Origin: Candidatus Kryptoniota bacterium
GTDB taxonomy: Bacteria; Bacteroidota; Ignavibacteria; Kryptoniales; JAKASW01
Length of the DNA: 64,000 nucleotides
Direction of reading: 5' to 3'
Assembly (NCBI GenBank): GCA_024641705.1
Contig: JAHECO010000002.1
Span: 8,282 to 72,281, forward strand
Positions 27,049-33,945 of the stretch are shown here, piece by piece. Numbering within the stretch: position 1 is the first letter of the stretch; the number at the start of each line of letters is the position of its first letter. The notes below the pieces were generated by a model that saw only the letters and a program-made list of their open reading frames with translations, searched no databases and was not told where the DNA came from. Both the position numbers and the translations under genes were made by a program.

Positions 27049-27172
27049 GGCGGTGTCTCAGTTTTAACTGAACCACATAGAGCACATAGGGATCATTATC
27101 CATGTCTGCTATGTGCCTATGTGGTTAATTTCTGGAACCGTCGCAATTCACACGTGAGATTGAGACACCACC
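27049..27172. repeat. 124-nt nested inverted-repeat element immediately upstream of queC (structured leader or MITE-like insertion)
   Basis: Outer arms GGCGGTGTCTCA (27049-27060) / TGAGACACCACC (27161-27172). Inner arms AACCACATAGAGCACATAG (27071-27089) / CTATGTGCCTATGTGGTT (27109-27126). AAAATT flanks both ends. Confidence 0.7.
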
Positions 27173-27475
27173 GAAAATTTAGAAGACTGCGGGCAGAGAG
27201 GCAATTTCGGATCGGACCAGACCGGCCTGAAGAGCGGCAACGCCGCTTAGACCGGTCCTGTATGAGCATTGATCCCCAAAAAAGCTTATCGGCCATCCCC
27301 TTGGGTTCGCGATTTTGCGAATAAAGCGACGAAAATGGAGTGGCTTCTGGTGACCGGCAGTGTTTCCCCGTCCGGTTTGCAAATGAGGCCTAGGGCTCCC
27401 ATATTCAAGCACGCGCCGGTCAACACTTATGCGGCGGGAATGCTTGAGGCAGTTCAATTAAGATGCGAGCTGGGT

Positions 27476-28456
27476 ATGCCAAAGTCATTTAAGCCTACCG
27501 TTCTGTCGGTCTTAGCTCTCTCGGCAGTTTTCACCTTTTTCTTCTTCCTGAGTAAACACAATCCCCTGTTCTCGGATGTAAACGCATTCGCTGAGGACCC
27601 CTACGACGCGATCGGGTCCTTCGGATTTCAATTGGCCCTCTTCGCCGCTCTCCTCTCTGTGATACGCGTGTTCCTCCCGAGGGGATCCGGCGAACTATCT
27701 GCAAGTCAGAAGCTGCTGGTCATTCGCGGCTGCACCGTCTCTGTCCAAGCGGTCGCAGTCACGCTGGCGGCGGAGATGGTCGCGATGTTTCGCAGCCCGT
27801 CGCTCTGGATGGATTCTCCCCGCGGCAGGTTGTTCGCGCTCCTCGTTGCGGTGATGACGTGGCTGGCGGCTTTCGTGGCGTGGCGGATTGACCGGCTTGC
27901 GTACAACGCCGGCCTTAAGTCCGAGGCATCTGCACGGAGGATGGCACTGGTCAATTCGCTCGCCGGGATAGCGATACTTGCGATCTATCCGTCGGCGTGG
28001 CGCGAGACCGTTACAGGGGCAATTCTTACAGCGCTGCTCGGGATGGCGCTTCTCTTCCTTCTCACCTGGTCATTGGCTGCAGCCCTCTCGCCCCGGATCG
28101 ACATCCACGATGAAGATTTCCTTGACGAACTGGGAGCCTCATACAGGTGGCTCAGGACCAGACTACATGCTCTCTACGGCACTTTGGGAGCTGTAGAGAA
28201 ATTTCTGTCGACTTCCCTGTTGAGGTCCTTTCTCAAATTCCTGAACCCGCACAGGCATAAATGGAATCTCGCCGTCCTAGTGGCGCTGATTGTCGGGATC
28301 ATACTGGCTCTCGTAGAGCTGGGTGGGGAGAGTATTCCAGGAGAGGGTGCACTGAGTATCATCGTTGCCACCTATGTCGGCATCGAGACAGTCGGCGTAC
28401 TTGTCGGATACGGGTTGTTCACCAGGTACCTGGGAATATTCAGGACCGGAAAGTGA
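27476..28456 (+). CDS. Polytopic membrane protein, function unknown
   Basis: From the ATG at 27476 (MPKSFKPTVLSVLALSAVFTFFFF) there are multiple hydrophobic helices along 327 aa. The 69-codon upstream extension in the track looks non-coding in composition. Confidence 0.6.
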   Translation: MPKSFKPTVLSVLALSAVFTFFFFLSKHNPLFSDVNAFAEDPYDAIGSFGFQLALFAALLSVIRVFLPRGSGELSASQKLLVIRGCTVSVQAVAVTLAAEMVAMFRSPSLWMDSPRGRLFALLVAVMTWLAAFVAWRIDRLAYNAGLKSEASARRMALVNSLAGIAILAIYPSAWRETVTGAILTALLGMALLFLLTWSLAAALSPRIDIHDEDFLDELGASYRWLRTRLHALYGTLGAVEKFLSTSLLRSFLKFLNPHRHKWNLAVLVALIVGIILALVELGGESIPGEGALSIIVATYVGIETVGVLVGYGLFTRYLGIFRTGK

Positions 28457-28970
28457 ACACCCACACTCTCCTTTTTCCTCCGGGGGCACTCATAGTCTCT
28501 TGAAGGAAGAAACACGTTGGCGCTTACCGCATCAAGTTAGGATTGCCAGGATGAACCCGGACGATTTTGGATTGACGCGAATTCCCTTCGCGTCATCCCT
28601 TCCTAGAGAGGCACTCTTCAGGCGGCGACCCTCTCCCGGAGCCCCCACATGGTCCGAAATCTGGAGCTCCTCTCGACAACGGTCGATACAACCGGGACCG
28701 GATTCAACGATGCCGATTCAACGCGGATGGCCTGGTATCATAACCAGCCCGGGAGGGGAAAATCGTAGAGGAGACATGTCTTCGTCGGATTCACTGATGC
28801 CGAGGCCGAGTTGTTCGGCGAAGAAGACATTAAAGGGCTGGAACGGAGACCAATGGTTCGTTTTGGAGAATAGAACGGTTCACTGCCTACGAACGAGGGG
28901 AGTTGTTTTCATTCAAGATCAGGTAGAATTCGTCTCCCTTGCTCTTGCAGGTCACAAAATCCTCTAATTA

Positions 28971-29183
28971 TTATTGAGAGAAGGTTACCTTCAATATCCT
29001 AGCTTGCCTCTTAAGCAAATTATCCGAGTATACCTTGTATTCCTTGCCTCGAGATAATTTGATCCACCACCGAGTCTTCTTCCCCTTCCAATAGAACCAA
29101 TAATAATCGTGATCACCACCGGGAGCTAACCGAAACCCCTTATCAGTGATGTTCTTCCGAATCGTCTCTCTGTCAACGGGCAT
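28971..29183 (-). CDS. HicA-like small toxin candidate (70 aa)
   Basis: By eye it aligns to the YcfA/HicA pattern: KGF..(G)GDH....GKKT....SRGKE......LLKRQARILKV. Basic and Trp/Tyr-rich. It starts 18 nt after the upstream ORF, in an AT-richer segment. Confidence 0.4.
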   Translation of the reverse strand: MPVDRETIRKNITDKGFRLAPGGDHDYYWFYWKGKKTRWWIKLSRGKEYKVYSDNLLKRQARILKVTFSQ

Positions 29184-29201
29184 TATACCAGGGACGATTC
29201 T

Positions 29202-29741
29202 TCAGATATTCAAGCTCTCGTGCAAATACTCCCGGAACGCAAACGCTGTTGCGTCTAGTTTATCGGTGGGGGTGCTATCCAGGTCTTCGCGAAGAAAGCG
29301 GATTGTCTCTTTCAGGTCATCGATCGCGAGTTGCAGCGTGGCGCCGCTACCACCAAGCGTCCAAGTCGGATGATATAGGGAAAAACCCTCTTGATCCCTG
29401 TACACCACGAATAGGTCGCCGAACAGTTCCAACTGGTGCTCATACTTCTGCGCGAAGATGACCTCACTGTTCATTTTCCCCTCCGGTGAGATGACCGCTG
29501 CAACCAGCCTCAGACTTTCCTCGTCATCCAAAAATCCGACAGAAAGCTCCCTCTGCGCCAATGAGGCGGGAATCGATGATTCAGACTTCATGCTGTCTAG
29601 GTTCACGTTCACGTTCCGCGATATAGCATTGATCCAAGATCCCCGGAGAGCTTGACTTGCCACTTCGTATTGCGTCGAAGCGTTAACCTCTTGCGTCATT
29701 TCAGACCTCCCAGAAGATTGTCGGCGTGCTTTATCAACCAT
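29202..29741 (-). CDS. Hypothetical protein whose C-terminal part resembles the HicB N-terminal (UPF0150) antitoxin fold
   Basis: FVVYRDQEGFSLYHPTWTLGGSGATLQLAIDDLKETIRFLRE fits the UPF0150 pattern (y.v..e.eG.y.a..p.l.g..G.T.eeA...l.eai...le). The roughly 100-aa N-terminal region matches nothing I recognise. Confidence 0.4.
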   Translation of the reverse strand: MVDKARRQSSGRSEMTQEVNASTQYEVASQALRGSWINAISRNVNVNLDSMKSESSIPASLAQRELSVGFLDDEESLRLVAAVISPEGKMNSEVIFAQKYEHQLELFGDLFVVYRDQEGFSLYHPTWTLGGSGATLQLAIDDLKETIRFLREDLDSTPTDKLDATAFAFREYLHESLNI

Positions 29742-29931
29742 TCACCAATTCCACTGAATGAGTCGTATAGCTGGGAAGGGTGCCATGGTCGATTGAGAGA
29801 TTCATGAGAATATGTCTTTGGTCAATCGTCGGGCCTCCCCAAGCTCCCGTCGCAGGATAGATACGATAGTCACTCGCCTTCCGAAAGGAATAAGTGACCT
29901 TTTTGGGGCGAGGCGATGGGTTGTCTGGCAT
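29734..29931 (-). CDS. Small hypothetical ORF (65 aa) overlapping the next ORF by 8 nt; may be real, or the 5' part of a frameshifted gene
   Basis: ATG-initiated, same strand as the two downstream ORFs, with plausible composition. There is no recognisable motif. Confidence 0.3.
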   Translation of the reverse strand: MPDNPSPRPKKVTYSFRKASDYRIYPATGAWGGPTIDQRHILMNLSIDHGTLPSYTTHSVELVNG

Positions 29932-30323
29932 TCTCAGTCTCCTTCAGTTGTTTCATCGGAATTCCGAACCGCATTCTTAAGTCGAATACAAGTCAGCCCG
30001 GTAGCATGGCCTTATGTTATTAACAATATATTACCCCTAATACTCTATTATGTCAAGTGATCCCGGTGCCCTGAATCACGTCAAGCACTTTGATTTTGGA
30101 GCTTTTTGCGAAGAATCACCATATCCCCCTTCGACCCCATCTCCAATCGTATCTGCGCTACGGGCATCTTCATATCTCCGCTGTCAAGTGACGGACGCAA
30201 TTATGTCCCCTCTCCCCGCAACTCGTCAGGACCGGGAAGCCCTGACCGTTATCTCTTCTAACACCAAGACACAGCCAGCAGACTCCCTCCTGCCAGAGCT
30301 CTCTACTCGGTCTCCTTTTGCCC

Positions 30324-30352
30324 TTGACATTCAAGTCCCAATAGCGTATAAT
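30324..30352 (+). promoter_or_regulatory. Consensus sigma70-type promoter for the rubrerythrin cluster
   Basis: TTGACA (30324-30329), exactly 17 nt, then TATAAT (30347-30352). It lies 43 nt upstream of the rbr ATG, which has an AAGGAGGA RBS. Confidence 0.65.
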
Positions 30353-30370
30353 GAGAACGATTCCTATTAT
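30348..30370 (+). promoter_or_regulatory. Imperfect palindrome overlapping the -10 box (candidate Fur/PerR-family operator)
   Basis: In ATAATGAGAA-CGA-TTCCTATTAT, 8 of 10 positions are symmetric. It is AT-rich like Fur-family boxes, and a Fur-family regulator is encoded at the end of the cluster. Confidence 0.35.
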
Positions 30371-30394
30371 TACAACCAACAAGGAGGAAATACA

Positions 30395-30820
30395 ATGGCA
30401 AAACCACTGAAGGGATCGAAGACTTTCGACAATCTTAAGGAAGGCTTCGCAGGAGAATCCCAGGCAAACCGCCGCTACCTGTATTTCGCGCGCCACGCCG
30501 ACATCGAAGGATATCCCGACGTCGCAGGCGTTTTCCGCGATACGGCGGAAGGCGAGACCGGTCACGCGTTCGGACACTTCGACTTCCTGAAAGAAGTCGG
30601 CGACCCTGTCACCAACGTCCCGGTCGGCGACACGAAGGCCAACCTCAACTCCGCAGTCACCGGTGAAACCTACGAGTACACGGAAATGTACCCCGGCTTC
30701 GCCAAGACGGCGAGAGAAGAAGGGTTCGAGGAGATCGCAACCTGGTTCGAAACCCTCGCGCGCGCCGAGAAGTCGCACGCCGGCAGGTTCCAGAAGGCTC
30801 TCGATACTCTGGGAAAGTAA
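30395..30820 (+). CDS. rbr: Rubrerythrin-family diiron protein without a rubredoxin domain (141 aa)
   Basis: [38 protein letters not shown] and AEKSHAGRF give the four-helix ExxH diiron ligand pattern. The ATG at 30395 has a strong RBS; the track start at 30050 is an upstream read-through. Confidence 0.9.
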   Translation: MAKPLKGSKTFDNLKEGFAGESQANRRYLYFARHADIEGYPDVAGVFRDTAEGETGHAFGHFDFLKEVGDPVTNVPVGDTKANLNSAVTGETYEYTEMYPGFAKTAREEGFEEIATWFETLARAEKSHAGRFQKALDTLGK

Positions 30821-30868
30821 AATTCAGAACTGCGCAGAACTGCGAGGTTGTCCCAAAACAAGGAAAAT

Positions 30869-30948
30869 GTCATTCTGAAGGAGCGGAGCGGCTGAAGAAT
30901 CCACTTATTCGTTCTGAAAAATGGATGCTTCACTTCGTTCAGCATGAC
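30869..30948 (+). repeat. 80-nt inverted-repeat (hairpin) element between rbr and the Fe-S oxidoreductase gene
   Basis: GTCATTCTGAAGGAGCGGAGCGGCTGAAGAATCC (30869-30902) faces GGATGCTTCACTTCGTTCAGCATGAC (30923-30948). The shared frame is GTCATKCTGAA...GAAGMATCC. Confidence 0.6.
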
Positions 30949-30999
30949 AGACAAGACTTTCTGGACAGCCTCGCAGTTGCTAACTCAAGAGGCTCAATA

Positions 31000-32310
31000 A
31001 TGGCAACGGCATTTGATTTCAACGCCCCGGATTTTTACGACTCCGTTTCTTACGCAAAGGAGACGGCCCGCATATTCGATATTTGCAACGGCTGCAGGCT
31101 GTGTTTCAACCTCTGCCCTTCGTTCGACGTGCTGTTCAAGCGCATCGACGAACTCGACGGCGATCTCGACAAGCTCGCCGACACGGACACAAAGAAGGTC
31201 GTCGAGCTCTGCTACGACTGCAAGCTTTGCTACCCGAAGTGCCCGTACACACCGCCCCATCACTTCATGCTCGACTTCCCGCGCCACATGCTCAGAGGAA
31301 AAGCGATCGAGGCCAAGAAGCACGGCGTTGCCCTTCGCGACAAAATGCTGAGTAAAACGGATCTCCTCGGAACTGTCTCGACAAAGGTGGCGCCAATCGT
31401 GAACTGGACGCTCGAGAGCAAGCCTTTCAGGGCGATCATGGAAAAGACCGCGGGTATCCACCGTGACAGGAACCTTCCGAAGTATTCAGGCCGGACCTTC
31501 GCTTCGTGGTACGAAAAGCATAAGAAGTCCGATACGAGGGGCGAAGCACAGGATGTTGAAAATTCCCCGCAACACGCGGAGGAATCACCGAAGGTCGTCT
31601 TCTTCCATACCTGCTCGGTGAACTATAACGACGTGGATACCGGTAAGGCGGCAATCCAGGTCCTCGAGAAGAACGGCGTTCAAGTGGAAGTGCCGCCTCA
31701 GAAATGCTGCGGCATGCCTTACCTCGACGGCGGCGACATCGATAACGCAAAGAAGCACGCCCATTACAATATCAGTCAGCTTGCTGACTACGTGAAGGAG
31801 GGATACGACATCGTTTCGCCCGGGCCGAGCTGCAGTTACCTGATGAAACAGGAGTACCCGATGCTCTCCGACGATCCCGACGCGAAGCTGGTCGCTTCGC
31901 ATACCTTCGACATGATGGAGTATCTCGCAAAGCTGAACAAAGATGGAAAGTTATCCAGGGATTTCAAGAAACCGGCGGGAAATGTGACATACCACCTCCC
32001 CTGCCACTTGAAAGCGCAAAATATAGGTTTCAAGTCGCGGGACGTGCTCGAGCTGATCCCCGACACGAAGGTGGAGGTCGTGGCGAAGTGCTCCGGCCAC
32101 GACGGGACATGGAGCCTGAAGAAGGAATACTTCAAGATGTCGCTCGAAGTGGGCAAGCCCCTTTTCGAGAAATTCGGCGACGGCGCCGCTGCGGCAAGCG
32201 ATTGCCCTCTGGCACAGCTGCAGATCGAGAAGGGATCAGGCACGAAGCCTCGCCACCCGATCCAGATTCTCCGCGACTCTTACGGGCTTGAACAGGATCC
32301 AAAAGTTTAA
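31000..32310 (+). CDS. Fe-S oxidoreductase with two 4Fe-4S ferredoxin motifs and two CCG-type cysteine-rich domains (HdrD/GlcF/GlpC-like)
   Basis: CNGCRLCFNLCP and CYDCKLCYPKCP are followed by CCGMP and PCH motifs. The ATG at 31000 (MATAFDF) is preferred over 30925, which lies inside the hairpin element. Confidence 0.85.
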   Translation: MATAFDFNAPDFYDSVSYAKETARIFDICNGCRLCFNLCPSFDVLFKRIDELDGDLDKLADTDTKKVVELCYDCKLCYPKCPYTPPHHFMLDFPRHMLRGKAIEAKKHGVALRDKMLSKTDLLGTVSTKVAPIVNWTLESKPFRAIMEKTAGIHRDRNLPKYSGRTFASWYEKHKKSDTRGEAQDVENSPQHAEESPKVVFFHTCSVNYNDVDTGKAAIQVLEKNGVQVEVPPQKCCGMPYLDGGDIDNAKKHAHYNISQLADYVKEGYDIVSPGPSCSYLMKQEYPMLSDDPDAKLVASHTFDMMEYLAKLNKDGKLSRDFKKPAGNVTYHLPCHLKAQNIGFKSRDVLELIPDTKVEVVAKCSGHDGTWSLKKEYFKMSLEVGKPLFEKFGDGAAAASDCPLAQLQIEKGSGTKPRHPIQILRDSYGLEQDPKV

Positions 32311-32326
32311 GAGAAAGGAAAGCAAA

Positions 32327-32806
32327 ATGAGACCAAACATAGGCATAAAAGACAGCGACCGCGCGTCGGTCGTCGAAATACTGAATGAACTTCTATCAGA
32401 CGAATTCTTGCTTTACACGAAGACCAGGAAATTCCACTGGAACGTGACCGGTCCCCGTTTTCACGATCTCCACAAGTTCTTTGAGTCCCTGTACGAAGAG
32501 CTTGACGGCATCATCGACGATGTCGCGGAGCGGGCCAGGTCGCTCGGTGGCCCGGCGTTCGGGACTATGGCCGAGTACTCGAAGAACGCAAGGCTGACCG
32601 AATCTCCCGACGAGAATCCAAGTGAGGACGGTATGCTGAAGGAGCTCCTGAACGACCACGAGGCCGTGATCAGAACTCTCAGGGAAGACCTGGTGAAAGT
32701 CGGTGAAAAGTACGGCGACATGGGTACGAACGACTTCCTCACCGGCCTGATGGAAAAGCACGAGAAGACCGCCTGGTTTATCCGGGCATTTATGTCAGAA
32801 AAGTAA
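32327..32806 (+). CDS. dps: Dps (DNA-binding ferritin-like protein)
   Basis: LNELLSDEFLLYTKTRKFHWNVTGPRFHDLHKFFE...DDVAER is the canonical Dps ferroxidase-site context. The ATG at 32327 has the RBS GAGAAAGGAAAG. Confidence 0.9.
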   Translation: MRPNIGIKDSDRASVVEILNELLSDEFLLYTKTRKFHWNVTGPRFHDLHKFFESLYEELDGIIDDVAERARSLGGPAFGTMAEYSKNARLTESPDENPSEDGMLKELLNDHEAVIRTLREDLVKVGEKYGDMGTNDFLTGLMEKHEKTAWFIRAFMSEK

Positions 32807-32890
32807 CACAAACGCGCGGCAGGCGGCGCCGTCGGACGATGGCGCCGGCGAACCGCCGCGTCAAAAAGAGATAGGAGCAGAGAAAAAGAA

Positions 32891-33496
32891 GTGAAACCGA
32901 TCGAATTCAACGAACTGAAGAATATCATAGAGTATGAGAAGATCCGGCAGGATTTCCGGAGCAAGATTATCGAGATGAAGAACAGGCGCAGGCTGAAGGT
33001 CGGGGACCTGGTGACGCTTACATTCGAGAACAGGTATACCGTTACATTCCAGATAGAAGAGATGATGCGCGTCGAGAGAATCGTTGACGACGCCAAGATC
33101 AAGTCCGAGGTGGAAACCTACAACGAACTCATACCGAGAGAGAATGAGCTGAGCGCCACGCTGTTCGTGGAGGTGGACGAGCAATCGAAGATCAAGCCGA
33201 CCCTCGATTCACTCGTCGGCATGAACAAAGACTCCGTCTACATGAAAATCGGAGAGAAGATGATACCCGCCGTGTTCGAGGAAGGTCATGCCACGGACGA
33301 CAGGATAAGCGCGGTGCAGTACGTCAGGTTCAAGTTGTCGGCTGAAGAGTCCAGGGCTCTGGCAAATCCCGCGGTTCCCGTCAAGGTGATTATCAAGCAC
33401 GAGAACTACAACGCGGATGTCGATATGTCGAAGGCGATGAGGGAGGCCCTATACCGCGACATGACTGAAGGCAGCTCCGTGAACGTTTGGAATTGA
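32891..33496 (+). CDS. DUF3501-family protein
   Basis: YEKIRQDFRSKIIEMKNRRRLKVGDLVTLTFENRYTVTFQIEEMMRVERI matches my memory of the DUF3501 N-terminal signature. GTG start. Confidence 0.65.
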   Translation: MKPIEFNELKNIIEYEKIRQDFRSKIIEMKNRRRLKVGDLVTLTFENRYTVTFQIEEMMRVERIVDDAKIKSEVETYNELIPRENELSATLFVEVDEQSKIKPTLDSLVGMNKDSVYMKIGEKMIPAVFEEGHATDDRISAVQYVRFKLSAEESRALANPAVPVKVIIKHENYNADVDMSKAMREALYRDMTEGSSVNVWN

Positions 33497-33526
33497 AGGA
33501 ACGTTTTCATATTGAGGTCAAACGAT

Positions 33527-33919
33527 ATGCTAAGCGACACACGCCAGAGAAAACGAAGCAAGCAGCGCGAAAAGGTGCTTGACGTCGTTCGCTCCACGAA
33601 ATCCCACCCGACCGCGGACTGGGTCTTCCACGAGGTACGCAAGGAGCTGCCGAACGTCAGCCTTGCGACCGTTTACCGGAACCTCAACCTTCTCGCCGAG
33701 TCGGGAAAGATAAACGAGGTCCTTTGCGACGGCCAGCTCAGGTTCGACGCGAACCGGGACGAACATTTCCACTTCATCTGCCGGTCTTGCAAAGGGATAT
33801 TCGATATAGATGAGACCCGGGTCACCTCCCCCGACTTCAAGCTGCCGAGAGGCTACGTCGTCCAGGACGTGAGGATGGATTTCTACGGGATCTGCCCCTC
33901 CTGCCAGGCAAGTCAGTAA
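33527..33919 (+). CDS. Fur-family transcriptional regulator (PerR-like by context)
   Basis: Winged-helix region (HPTADWVFHEV...ATVYRNLNLL) and two CxxC pairs (CRSCKG, CPSCQ). The ATG at 33527 is preferred over the TTG at 33512. Confidence 0.85.
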   Translation: MLSDTRQRKRSKQREKVLDVVRSTKSHPTADWVFHEVRKELPNVSLATVYRNLNLLAESGKINEVLCDGQLRFDANRDEHFHFICRSCKGIFDIDETRVTSPDFKLPRGYVVQDVRMDFYGICPSCQASQ

Positions 33920-33945
33920 TCCCAGCTGGAGCTACCTTTCGCGTT

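Noticed and set aside
27021-27180. preQ1 riboswitch upstream of queC
   Set aside because: It is expected by context, but the sequence does not fit the preQ1-I architecture I know (5-bp P1, small loop, A-rich tail pairing back). The stems here are 12 and 19 bp. It is reported instead as an uncharacterised structure pending an Rfam scan.
28365-28967. 200-aa ORF on the plus strand filling the gap after the membrane-protein gene
   Set aside because: It overlaps the 3' end of the membrane-protein gene out of frame, is Arg/Ser/Pro-rich over most of its length, and has no RBS or motif.
30050-30394. 115-codon N-terminal extension of the rubrerythrin ORF
   Set aside because: The extension contains the consensus promoter and the AAGGAGGA RBS. 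The rubrerythrin fold is complete from the ATG at 30395.
30741-30756. tRNA T-arm-like string CCTGGTTCGAAACCC
   Set aside because: It lies inside the rubrerythrin coding frame (ATWFETL). No acceptor or anticodon arms can be built around it.
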